Shown one piece after another: positions 1 through 11,400 of a stretch of 64,000 bases of DNA. The stretch comes from Casimicrobiaceae bacterium (lineage in GTDB: Bacteria > Pseudomonadota > Gammaproteobacteria > Burkholderiales > Casimicrobiaceae). Where the stretch lies: positions 9,708 through 73,707 of the forward strand of contig DATASF010000106.1 in assembly GCA_036269335.1 (NCBI GenBank), written 5' to 3'. Position numbers and translations under genes: made by a program. The notes under the pieces are model-generated. The model had not been told where the DNA came from. It did not search any database and was given only the letters and a program-made list of their open reading frames with translations. The number at the start of each line of letters is the position of its first letter. Within the stretch, counting starts at the first letter, position 1.

Positions 1-1671
1 GGTGGCGCGCTCGCGCTCGCCTTTCGCCCACAGCACTTCGCCCAGATGCGCGGCGATCTCGGGATCGGCCTGGTCGCCAAAGGCGCGCCGCAGGAACTTT
101 TCCGAATCGTCGAGCTTGCCCATCCGGTAGTTGGCCCAGCCCATGCTATCGAGGATGAACGGATCGTCCGGCGCGATCTGCAGCGCCTTTTCGATCAGCT
201 TCAATCCCTCGGCGGTCCGCGGCGTGCGATCGACCAGCGTGTAGCCGAGCGCGTTGAGCGCTTGCGCATTGTCCGGCTTGAGCTCGATCAGCCGCTTGAG
301 CCTCGCCTCGACTTCGTCGATGCGGTCGAGCTTCTCGGCGACCATCGCGACGTCGTAGAGCAGATCGACCGAATCGGCCTGGCGCTCCAGCGCCGTGGTG
401 AGAATCGCGTACGCGCCCTTGAAGTCGCCGGCGTCGCGCAACACCTGCGCCTCCGCCTGCGCGACCTCGATCCGCCGCTCGGCCGACTCCGGCTGCAATC
501 CGTTCAGATAGCTGCGCGCCGCGGCAATGTCGCCCTTTTTCGCGATCATCGCGCCGATGCGCAGCTTGGCGAGCCACGCACGGTCGCCTTCGGTGACTTC
601 GCGGTAGCGGGTGATCGCCTCGTCGTAATGCTTGGTTTCTTCCGCCAGCTGCGCGAGATAGAACGACACCACACCCTTGTCGCCGTAACCGGCCTTGTCG
701 AGCTCCTCGAGCAGCCGCCTGGCGGTGGCGTAATCCTTCATCTGCAGCGATATCGCGGCGACGGCGAATTCGAATTCGCGGTCTTCCGGCTCCTCGTCCC
801 ACATCTGCTGGAAGATCGCCCGCGCCTCGGCGAGGCGCTTTTGCTCGACATAGATCTGCGCCAGCGCGCCAGCGACGGCGCGCGCGTCGGGGGTCGCTGC
901 AAGAAACTCCTTGAGAAACGCGATCGACGCCTCGGGCGATCCCTTGGCGAGGATGTCGGCCTTGATCAGGGCTGCACGGTCCCATCCGGGCTTGAGCTCG
1001 AGCGCCCGGTCCGCCGCGTTCGTGGCGGCGGCGGTGATCGCCGGATCGGTCAGCTTGGTGTTGTACCCGGCGAGCGCGATGGCGAACCATGCTTCCGGCA
1101 CCTTCGGATACGGCCTCGCCAGATCCTGCACCAGCCGGAAAGCCGCCACCTTGTCGGTTTGCGCGGCCAAGGCCTGATTGAGCTGCAGGAATGCCTCGCC
1201 GAGCGATTTGTCGTTGGCTGCCGCTTCGATCAGCACGCGCTGCAGCTCGGCTTTGAGATCGGAGCCGGCGCCGGAGACCGCGAGCGACGCCACCATTTGC
1301 CGCGCGCGCTCGGCCTTCGGATCGAGCTGCTGCCAGAGTTTCGCCGCTTCCAGCGCCAGCGTGCGCTGCCGGGCAAACAGTGCGATCTCGGTCGCGCGGC
1401 GGGCCAGAACCGCATCGCGCGAATCGCGCGCGGCTTCGAAGTACGCGCGGGCAGCCAGCGCCGCATCGCCACGCTGCATCGCGACATCGCCGACCAGGAT
1501 GCGGTAAAGCACTTCGGGCGTTAGCTCGTCGACTGCCTCGGGGCGCTCGGGCGCGGCGATCGCCCCGTCGGTCTGCTTCGGGTCGGCGGAATCCTGGGCG
1601 CGCGCGTCTCCCCCCGCCACGGCGACGGCGGCCAGGCTGACGACCAGCAAGGAACGAAGGATGGGAATCAC
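1..1671 (-). CDS. Tetratricopeptide-repeat protein with N-terminal signal peptide (C-terminal end runs off the window)
   Basis: Absent from the ORF track because it has no stop inside the window. My reverse-strand translation from GTG 1671 reads VIPILRSLLVVSLAAVAVAGG... The frame then stays open to nt 1 and contains TPR-like segments (e.g. DPFILDSMGWANYRMGKLDDSEKFLRRAF). The listed ORFs 46..1524(+) and 146..1090(-) are R/G-rich shadow frames. TTG 1680 is an alternative start. Confidence 0.7.
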   Translation of the reverse strand, partial: MIPILRSLLVVSLAAVAVAGGDARAQDSADPKQTDGAIAAPERPEAVDELTPEVLYRILVGDVAMQRGDAALAARAYFEAARDSRDAVLARRATEIALFARQRTLALEAAKLWQQLDPKAERARQMVASLAVSGAGSDLKAELQRVLIEAAANDKSLGEAFLQLNQALAAQTDKVAAFRLVQDLARPYPKVPEAWFAIALAGYNTKLTDPAITAAATNAADRALELKPGWDRAALIKADILAKGSPEASIAFLKEFLAATPDARAVAGALAQIYVEQKRLAEARAIFQQMWDEEPEDREFEFAVAAISLQMKDYATARRLLEELDKAGYGDKGVVSFYLAQLAEETKHYDEAITRYREVTEGDRAWLAKLRIGAMIAKKGDIAAARSYLNGLQPESAERRIEVAQAEAQVLRDAGDFKGAYAILTTALERQADSVDLLYDVAMVAEKLDRIDEVEARLKRLIELKPDNAQALNALGYTLVDRTPRTAEGLKLIEKALQIAPDDPFILDSMGWANYRMGKLDDSEKFLRRAFGDQADPEIAAHLGEVLWAKGERERAT

Positions 1672-1781
1672 GATAGGCAAGCCACGCTCGGTCGATTTGA
1701 TTCAGGTCCCGCAGATCGCCGGACCTCGCTGCATCTTAGGGTATATTTGCCCGAGCAACAAACGCCACTCGACACCTCCAG

Positions 1782-2597
1782 ATGCCCGAACTTCCGGAAG
1801 TTGAAACGACGCGTCGGGGGATCGCGCCTCACGTAGAACGGCAGAAAGTGACGGCGGTGAGAATCTACGACCGCCGACTGCGCTGGCCGGTTCCCCGTGA
1901 TTTGCCCCGGCGACTGGTCGGCCGCGTCGTCGATCGGGTCGACCGGCGCAGCAAATACCTGCTTTTCCGGCTGGGCCCCGACACGCTGATCGTCCATTTC
2001 GGAATGACCGGAAGCCTGCGCGTCTACGGCGTCGCGCCGGCGCGACGCACCCACGACCACATCGATCTGGAGTTCGCGAACGGCGTCGTCCTTCGCTACC
2101 ACGACCCGCGCCGTTTCGGCGCGATGCTGTGGTCTCCCGCGGCCGCGGGAGAGCATCCGCTGCTCGCCGCGCTCGGGCCCGAGCCGTTCTCAGCCGATTT
2201 CGACTCGGCGCACCTGTTCGCATCCACCCGCAAGCGCAACACGGCGATCAAGCTCGCATTGATGGACAACAGGCTGGTCGTCGGCGCCGGGAACATATAC
2301 GCCAACGAGGCGTTGTTTCGCGCCGGCATACGGCCGACGCGCGCCGCCAACCGCGTCTCGCGCGAGCGTCTGGGGCGTCTGGTCGTGGCGGTCAGGGACA
2401 CGCTCGCGGCGGCAATCGCCAAAGGCGGCAGCACCCTTCGCGACTACGTCGATAGCGACGGCGAGCCCGGTTACTTTCAGCTCGAGTACAACGTGTACGG
2501 CCGCGCCGGGCTGCCCTGCCGCGTTTGCGGCGAGCCGATCCGCGCGACCCGGCAGGGGGGGCGAGCGACCTACTACTGCCGCATCTGCCAGACCTGA
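1782..2597 (+). CDS. mutM: Formamidopyrimidine-DNA glycosylase
   Basis: N-terminus MPELPEVETTRRG (catalytic Pro2/Glu3 context), 271 aa, C-terminal zinc finger CRVCGEPI...YYCRICQ. Confidence 0.95.
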   Translation: MPELPEVETTRRGIAPHVERQKVTAVRIYDRRLRWPVPRDLPRRLVGRVVDRVDRRSKYLLFRLGPDTLIVHFGMTGSLRVYGVAPARRTHDHIDLEFANGVVLRYHDPRRFGAMLWSPAAAGEHPLLAALGPEPFSADFDSAHLFASTRKRNTAIKLALMDNRLVVGAGNIYANEALFRAGIRPTRAANRVSRERLGRLVVAVRDTLAAAIAKGGSTLRDYVDSDGEPGYFQLEYNVYGRAGLPCRVCGEPIRATRQGGRATYYCRICQT

Positions 2598-2670
2598 ACG
2601 GGACTTAGGTGCTTGTTTTGGCGCGCTTTATGCTAGAGTCCCCGCGACTCGAGCCGGACGCGAACCGACC

Positions 2671-4635
2671 ATGATGCAATCGAAGGATCTGGCCTCTCGA
2701 TTTGAAGCCTACAGCGACTGGCGGCGGCGGTTGTCGACCGGCGTGTCGCGCCTGCACGAATGGCTGTCCGAACAGGAGCTTGCGGACGGGCAGGCGGACC
2801 TGACCGTGCAGCGGCTCCTCGAGCGGTTGCATCAGGACAAGCTGGTCGTCGCCTTCGTCGCCGAGTTCTCCCGCGGCAAATCCGAGCTGATCAACGCGAT
2901 CTTCTTTGCCGACTTCGGCCAGCGCCTGCTGCCGTCCGCCGCCGGCCGTACGACGATGTGTCCGACCGAGCTTCTGTACGACTCGACCCGCCCGCCGTCG
3001 ATCCGCCTGCTGCCGATCGAAACGCGGGCACGCGACGGATCGGTCACCGAATTCAAGAACTACGCCGACGAATGGGTAACGATCACCCTCGACATGTCGT
3101 CGGCTGACCGGATGGCCGAGGCACTCTCGCAGGTGTCGCAGACCAAGCGCGTGTCGGTCCCGCTGGCGCGCAAGTACGGACTCTACGACGACGGCGACCC
3201 GCTTGCGCCGCTGTCGGCCGCCGACGCGGCAGTCGACGTCCCCTGCTGGCGCCACGCCATCATCAACTTTCCGCATCCGCTGCTGCAGCAGGGTCTGGTG
3301 ATACTCGATACGCCGGGCCTGAACGCCATCGGCACCGAACCCGAGCTCACGCTCAACCTGCTGCCGAACGCGCACGCGATCCTGTTCATCCTCGCCGCCG
3401 ACGCCGGCGTGACCAAGACCGACATCGACGTGTGGACCAAGCACATCGTCGGAGACACCCCGGCGAGCCGCGAGGGCCGGCTGGTCATCCTGAACAAGAT
3501 CGACGGACTGTGGGACGAGCTGCGCACCGCGCACGAAATCGAGGGCGAGATCTCGCGCCAGGTGCGCACCAGCGCCCAGCTGCTGATGATCCCGCCGGCG
3601 CAGGTCTTTCCGGTGTCGGCGCAAAAAGCGCTGCTGGCCAAGGTCAACGGCGACGACGCGCTGCTGGCGAAGAGCCGCCTGCCGCAGCTCGAGTCGGCAC
3701 TGTCGAGAGAGCTGATTCCGGCCAAGCGCCGCATCGTCGGCTCGGCGACGCAGACCGAGATCCGCGAGCTGGTCGCCGGCACGCGCACGATACTCGACAG
3801 CCGCATCGCGGGCATCCGCGAGCAGCTGACCGAGCTGCAGAACCTGCGCGGGAAGAACCAGGACGTCGTCGAGCACATGATGGAGCGCATCCAGCAGGAA
3901 AAGAACCTGTTCGAGCGCGGCATGCAGCGCTATACGGCGCTGCGCACGGTTTTCACGCAGCAGACCAACAGCCTGTACGAAAGCATCGGCCTCGAGACGC
4001 TGCGGGCGACGGCCGCCGATACGCGGGAGCGGATCGAGAAGAGCCCGTTCACCAAGGGCGTGCGGTCCGCGATGGGCGACTTCTTCGGCAAGATCTACGG
4101 CAGCCTCGATGCGAGCGCGCGGCAGACCGCCGAGACGCACGAGATGATGCAGGCGATGTATCAGCGCTTCGCCAAGGAGCACGGCATCGAGCCATTCACG
4201 CCGCCTCCGTTCTCGATGCTCAAGTACCAGAAGGAAGTCGAGCGGCTGGAGCGCGCTTACAACGTGCATTTCAACACGCTGTGGAACATGGTCAGCAAGG
4301 CAAAGTTCACGCTGATGAAACGGTTCTTCGAGACGATCGCGATCCGGGTCAAGCACGTGTTCGACATAGCGAACCGCGACCTGGAAAGCTGGCTGAAGGC
4401 CGTGATGGCGCCGCTGGAGACGCAGGTGCGCGAGCACCACCTGCAGCTGCGGCGCAGGCTGGAAAGCGTCAAGCGCATCCACCGGGCAAGCGACGAGCTC
4501 GAGGAGCGCATCGCGGAGCTCGAGCAGGCGGAGCTCGCCGCGAAGGGGCAGATCGGCGCGCTGGCGCGGGAGCTCGCCGCGATCGACGCGATCTGCGAGC
4601 AGTCCGAGCCGCTGCCGCTGGCCGCCAACGGCTAG
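2671..4635 (+). CDS. Dynamin-family large GTPase (bacterial dynamin-like protein)
   Basis: 654 aa. P-loop-like FVAEFSRGKSELINAIF, G3-like ILDTPGLNAIG, G4-like ILNKIDGL, followed by a long helical coiled-coil-like C-terminal half. No obvious hydrophobic segment by eye. Confidence 0.8.
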   Translation: MMQSKDLASRFEAYSDWRRRLSTGVSRLHEWLSEQELADGQADLTVQRLLERLHQDKLVVAFVAEFSRGKSELINAIFFADFGQRLLPSAAGRTTMCPTELLYDSTRPPSIRLLPIETRARDGSVTEFKNYADEWVTITLDMSSADRMAEALSQVSQTKRVSVPLARKYGLYDDGDPLAPLSAADAAVDVPCWRHAIINFPHPLLQQGLVILDTPGLNAIGTEPELTLNLLPNAHAILFILAADAGVTKTDIDVWTKHIVGDTPASREGRLVILNKIDGLWDELRTAHEIEGEISRQVRTSAQLLMIPPAQVFPVSAQKALLAKVNGDDALLAKSRLPQLESALSRELIPAKRRIVGSATQTEIRELVAGTRTILDSRIAGIREQLTELQNLRGKNQDVVEHMMERIQQEKNLFERGMQRYTALRTVFTQQTNSLYESIGLETLRATAADTRERIEKSPFTKGVRSAMGDFFGKIYGSLDASARQTAETHEMMQAMYQRFAKEHGIEPFTPPPFSMLKYQKEVERLERAYNVHFNTLWNMVSKAKFTLMKRFFETIAIRVKHVFDIANRDLESWLKAVMAPLETQVREHHLQLRRRLESVKRIHRASDELEERIAELEQAELAAKGQIGALARELAAIDAICEQSEPLPLAANG

Positions 4636-4654
4636 CAGTTTCCCGCGCGACGAA

Positions 4655-7016
<2,362 letters not shown>

Positions 7017-7290
7017 AACCGCAAGGGCTGGCGCGGGTCCTGGCTCGTTGGGTTGCAAGTGCTCACCTACGCCGCCGACCCTGGCCGGCGGGACCTTTTC
7101 GAAGCACTCTCCGACCGGCCCGAGGGGCCGCCAGCCGCCGTTTTCGACTCGGACTGCCTCGAGGCTAAGCCCTGAGGCGGCCCCGCGGTCTCGAGTCGGG
7201 GAGGCCTGGCCATGTGGCGGAACTTCGGGGCGACTTAGCACTCTGACAAGCCGAGTGCTAAAATATCGCCAAGTCGAGAAGGAGCTTTGG

Positions 7291-8145
7291 ATGCCCACGA
7301 ATACGCTGGCTTTCCCGACCCCGGCTTCGCTGGGGAGCTTGGATCACTATATCCAGGCGGTAAACCGTTTTCCGCTGCTTACCGCCGAGCAGGAGACCGA
7401 GCTCGGCCGCAAGCTGCAGCGGGACAACGACCTGGAGGCCGCCCGCTCGCTCGTCCTGTCCCACCTGCGGCTGGTCGTCGCCGTCAGCCGCAATTACCTG
7501 GGATATGGACTGCCGCAGGCCGACCTGATCCAGGAAGGCAACATCGGGCTGATGAAGGCGGTGCGCCGCTTCGATCCGGAGCGCGGCGTTCGCCTGGTGT
7601 CGTTTGCGCTGCACTGGATCCGCGCCGAGATTCACGAGCACATCCTGCGCAACTGGCGGCTGGTCAAGATCGCGACCACCAAGGCGCAGAGGAAGCTGTT
7701 CTTCAACCTGCGCAGCATGAAGCCGAAGCTCGCCCCGCTGACCCGCACCGAGGCGAACGGCATCGCCAAGGCGCTGGGCGTCAAGCCCGAGGAAGTGCTG
7801 GAAATGGAGACGCGGCTGTCCGGGCAGGACGTCGCCATCGATCCGCCGGCCGGCGACGACGGCGAGACGATGACGCCGAGCGCGTATCTGACCGACAGCG
7901 AGGCCGAGCCCGTCCAGATACTGGAGCGTGAAGAGACCGCGCGCAACCGCAGCACCGGGCTCAAGAGCGCGCTCTCGAGGCTGGATAGCCGCAGCCGCAA
8001 TATCATCGAAGCCCGCTGGCTGCGCGAGGACGATCCCGCGACGTTGCAGGATCTGGCCGACCAGTACGGCGTCTCGGCCGAGCGGATCCGTCAGATTGAA
8101 AGCAAAGCGCTGAAGACAATGCGCGGCGAGATGGCGTCGCTCTAG
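7291..8145 (+). CDS. rpoH: RNA polymerase sigma-32 (heat-shock sigma factor)
   Basis: ATG 7291 is preceded by GAAGGAG. Sequence MPTNTLAFP...LDHYIQAVNRFPLLTAEQE...DLIQEGNIGLMKAVRRFDP... plus the RpoH-box-like segment WRLVKIATTKAQRKLFFNLR. 284 aa. Confidence 0.93.
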   Translation: MPTNTLAFPTPASLGSLDHYIQAVNRFPLLTAEQETELGRKLQRDNDLEAARSLVLSHLRLVVAVSRNYLGYGLPQADLIQEGNIGLMKAVRRFDPERGVRLVSFALHWIRAEIHEHILRNWRLVKIATTKAQRKLFFNLRSMKPKLAPLTRTEANGIAKALGVKPEEVLEMETRLSGQDVAIDPPAGDDGETMTPSAYLTDSEAEPVQILEREETARNRSTGLKSALSRLDSRSRNIIEARWLREDDPATLQDLADQYGVSAERIRQIESKALKTMRGEMASL

Positions 8146-8170
8146 ACGTACACGACCCAGCAGTCATTCC

Positions 8171-8199
8171 AACGCCGGCCCGCGCCGGCGTTTTTGTTT
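8171..8199 (+). terminator. Rho-independent terminator after rpoH, in the convergent gap with kup
   Basis: AACGCCGGC-ccgc-GCCGGCGTT is a 9-bp GC-rich stem, followed by TTTTTGTTTG. Confidence 0.55.
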
Positions 8200-8215
8200 G
8201 CACCGGCGTCGTGCG

Positions 8216-10123
8216 CTAGAGCTCGACCTGCGTGCCCAGCTCGACGACCCGGTTGGTCGGGACGTTGAAAAACTCGATCGCCTTGGTCGCGTTCTTGGCC
8301 ATCGACACGAACAGGCGCTCGCGCCATAGCGCCATGCCCGGCGCGGCCGTGGCGATCAGCGTTTCGCGCGAGACGAAGAACGACGTCTCCATCATGTCGA
8401 ACGGCTGACCGCGGCGCCCGCATTCCTCCAGCAGCTCCGGCACGTCGGGGTCTTCCTTGAATCCGAAAAACGCCTCGAATTGCTGGAAGTTGCAACCGAG
8501 ATCGCGGATCTGCACACGATCGGACACCGGCACCGTCGGAATGTCCTGGGTCGTCATCGTCAGCAGCACGACGCGCTCGTGCAGCACCTTGTTATGCTTT
8601 AGGTTGTGCAGCAGCGCATGCGGCGCGCGATTCGGCGTGCTGGTGAGAAAAATGGCGGTGCCCGGCACGCGCATCGGCGGGTTGGCCGCGATGCTTTCGA
8701 TGAACAGATCGATCGGCATCGTCTCTGCATTCAAGCGCTCGAGCAGGATCGCGCGACCGCGCTTCCAGGTCGTCAGCATCGTGAATACGACACCTCCGAC
8801 CACGATCGGAAACCAGCCGCCTTCCGGGATCTTGAGCAGGTTCGACGACAGGAACGTCACGTCGATGGCCACCAGCGGCACGACGACCGCGAGGGCGGCC
8901 AGCGGGTTCCAGCGCCACAGCCGGGTCAGAACGACAAAAATCAGCAGCGAGTCGATCGCCATCGCGAGCGTCACCGCGATGCCGTAGGCGGCTGCCAGAT
9001 TGCTCGAGGTCTTGAAGCCGGTGACCAGCAGCAGCACCGCGAAGAACAGCATCCAGTTGATGAACGGGACGTAGACCTGGCCGATCTGCCGCTCGGACGT
9101 GTGCATGATCGTCAGGCGCGGACAATAGCCCATCTGGATCGCCTGCCTTGTCAGCGAGAACGCGCCCGAGATGACCGCCTGCGACGCGATCACCGTCGCG
9201 GCGGTCGCGAGGATCACCATCGGCAGCAGCGCCCATGCCGGCGCCAGCAGGTAGAACGGATTCTTGATCGCCTCCGGCTCGGCGATGATCAGCGCGCCCT
9301 GGCCGAAATAATTCAGCACCAGCGCGGGCGCGACCAGATACAGCCAGGCGCGCCGGATCGGCGACACGCCGAAATGGCCCATGTCGGCATACAGCGCTTC
9401 GGTGCCGGTGACCGCGAGCACAACCGCGCCGAGCGCGAGAAACGCCGCCAGCGGGTTGCCGGTCAGGAACGAGAAAGCGTAGGACGGCAGCAATGCCATC
9501 AGCACCCGCGGGTCCTGCCAGATCGCGGCCGCGCCCAGCACCGCGATGGTTGCGAACCAGACGCACATCAGCGGGCCGAACAGCCCGCCGACCTTCGCGG
9601 TTCCGTGCCGCTGGATCGAGAACAGCGCGAGCAGGATCGCCAGGGTCACCGGGATGACGTAACTCTTGAGCCCCGGCGCCAGGACTTCGAGACCCTCGAC
9701 GGCGGACAGCACCGAGATCGCCGGCGTGATCATGCCGTCGCCGTAGAACATCGCCGCGCCGAAAATCCCCAAGCCCACCAGCCACCAGCGCGCCTGGCGG
9801 TCGTTGAGGCCGCGCGACACCAGCGCGGTCAGCGCCATGATGCCGCCTTCGCCGTTGTTGTCGGCGCGCATGATCAGCGTCACGTACTTGAGCGTGACGA
9901 TGATCATCAGCGCCCAGAAGATCACCGACAGGACGCCGAGGACGTTGTCGGCGGTCAGCGGTAGGCCGTGCGGCCCGGTGAAGCATTCGCGCAGCGTATA
10001 GAGCGGGCTGGTTCCGATATCGCCGAAGACGATGCCGATCGCGCCGACGACCAGCGGGGCCGTCGGCCTCTTCGCCAGGTCGGCCGGAACCGCCGCCGCG
10101 CCGGCCTCGTGCCCGCTCAGCAT
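8216..10123 (-). CDS. kup: Potassium uptake transporter Kup (KUP/HAK/KT family)
   Basis: ATG 10123 is preceded by AAGGAG. Sequence MLSGHEAG...VVGAIGIVFGDIGTSPLYTLRECF...NNGEGGIMAL, 635 aa. The rest of the 992-aa track ORF is shadow sequence over ntrX. Confidence 0.92.
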   Translation of the reverse strand: MLSGHEAGAAAVPADLAKRPTAPLVVGAIGIVFGDIGTSPLYTLRECFTGPHGLPLTADNVLGVLSVIFWALMIIVTLKYVTLIMRADNNGEGGIMALTALVSRGLNDRQARWWLVGLGIFGAAMFYGDGMITPAISVLSAVEGLEVLAPGLKSYVIPVTLAILLALFSIQRHGTAKVGGLFGPLMCVWFATIAVLGAAAIWQDPRVLMALLPSYAFSFLTGNPLAAFLALGAVVLAVTGTEALYADMGHFGVSPIRRAWLYLVAPALVLNYFGQGALIIAEPEAIKNPFYLLAPAWALLPMVILATAATVIASQAVISGAFSLTRQAIQMGYCPRLTIMHTSERQIGQVYVPFINWMLFFAVLLLVTGFKTSSNLAAAYGIAVTLAMAIDSLLIFVVLTRLWRWNPLAALAVVVPLVAIDVTFLSSNLLKIPEGGWFPIVVGGVVFTMLTTWKRGRAILLERLNAETMPIDLFIESIAANPPMRVPGTAIFLTSTPNRAPHALLHNLKHNKVLHERVVLLTMTTQDIPTVPVSDRVQIRDLGCNFQQFEAFFGFKEDPDVPELLEECGRRGQPFDMMETSFFVSRETLIATAAPGMALWRERLFVSMAKNATKAIEFFNVPTNRVVELGTQVEL

Positions 10124-11400
10124 GCTCCTTCGTCGGAACGACGCGAAAACCGGATGTTGAGTTGCTTGAGCTTGCGGTACAGATGCGTGCGCTCCAGGCC
10201 TGCGCGTTCGGCGACCCGGCTCATGTTGCTCTGTTCCTTGCCGAGCAGCTGCTCGAAGTAGATCCGCTCGAAGGCTTCGCGCGCCTCGCGCAGCGGCAGC
10301 TCGAAAAAGCGCGCGGTGACCTCGGGAGCCAGCGCCGCCGACGGCGGCAGCGCCGATTCGCCCAGAAGGCGCCGCACATGCTCGCCGGTGATCTCGGTGT
10401 CGATGGTCAGGGCCAGATTGGCGATGACGTTGTGCAGGTGGTCGAGATTGCCCGGCCAGTATGCCGCTGCCAGCGCCGACACGGCGCTCGCCTGCAGCGT
10501 TCCCATCGTACGCTGGCTCGCGGTGATCTCGCGCCAGAATCGCGCGATCAGCGCCGGCATGTCGTCGCGCCGCGCACGCAGCGGCGGCAGCATCACCGCG
10601 CCGGCGGACAGCGTCGAAAGCAGCGCAGGGTCGAAGCGACCCTCCGCCGCGAGGTTGCCGAGCTGCTCGCTGCTGGTGCAGACGAGTATCGTGTCCTGTT
10701 TTTCCAGCTTGGGCAGAACGAACGCGAGGCCTTTCTGCTCCGCTTTGGAGTACGCGCCGATTTCGACGCAGTAGAGCAGGCCGTCTCGCGCTTCCTCGAG
10801 CACCTGCGACGGGTTGGCGGCGAGCCGCGCGCCGTTGGCGAGAATGACGAACGGCGCATCCGGCACATGCAGCGCCCGCGCCGCGGTGTCGTGTCCGGCG
10901 CCGGGTTCGCCGACGATCAGCACCGGCCGGTTGGCACGCAGCAGCTGCTCGATCGCTCGCTCGACCTCGATCACCGGCGTGCTGGTGCCGAGCGCCGCCA
11001 GCGATATCCGCCGCGGTCCCTGCCCGGCGGCCGTCTTCAGCGCGCGCGTCACCGTCGACAGAAGCTTCTGCAGCCCGACCGGTTTCTCCAGGAAATCGAA
11101 GGCGCCGACCTTCGTGGCCTCGACCGCGGTTTCTATCGTGCCGTGGCCCGACATCATCACGACCGGCATCGTCAGCTGGCCGTTCGCCGCCCACTCCCGC
11201 AGCAGCGTCACGCCGTCGGTGTCCGGCATCCAGATGTCCAGCAGCACCAGCGCCGGTTGCGTGCGCAGCCGGTAATTTCGCGCCTCGCCGGCGTTTTCGG
11301 CCACGCTGACTTGATATCCCTCGTCCTGCAGAATCTCGGACAACAGCTCGCGGATGCCGACTTCGTCGTCGACGATCAGAATTTCTTTCTGCTGCGGCAT
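10117..11400 (-). CDS. NtrX-like response regulator (receiver + degenerate AAA+ + Fis-type HTH)
   Basis: Receiver domain ILIVDDEVGIRELL...LDIWMPDTDG...MMSGHG. The central AAA+-like region has GEPGAGHD in place of GxxGxGK. C-terminal HTH SNMSRVAERAGLERTHLYRKLKQL. ATG 11400 overlaps the kinase stop codon (ATGA). Confidence 0.85.
   Translation of the reverse strand: MPQQKEILIVDDEVGIRELLSEILQDEGYQVSVAENAGEARNYRLRTQPALVLLDIWMPDTDGVTLLREWAANGQLTMPVVMMSGHGTIETAVEATKVGAFDFLEKPVGLQKLLSTVTRALKTAAGQGPRRISLAALGTSTPVIEVERAIEQLLRANRPVLIVGEPGAGHDTAARALHVPDAPFVILANGARLAANPSQVLEEARDGLLYCVEIGAYSKAEQKGLAFVLPKLEKQDTILVCTSSEQLGNLAAEGRFDPALLSTLSAGAVMLPPLRARRDDMPALIARFWREITASQRTMGTLQASAVSALAAAYWPGNLDHLHNVIANLALTIDTEITGEHVRRLLGESALPPSAALAPEVTARFFELPLREAREAFERIYFEQLLGKEQSNMSRVAERAGLERTHLYRKLKQLNIRFSRRSDEGAC

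Noticed and set aside
46-1524. 492-aa plus-strand ORF (and the 314-aa minus-strand ORF 146..1090) at the left edge
   Set aside because: Its composition is R/L/G/D-rich and shadow-like. The other minus-strand frame translates into a continuous TPR-like protein with a signal peptide, so these are alternative-frame artefacts of a GC-rich gene.
2605-4482. 625-aa minus-strand ORF opposite the dynamin-like gene
   Set aside because: It is extremely R/A/L/H-rich with no recognisable motif. The plus-strand frame carries clean GTPase motifs.
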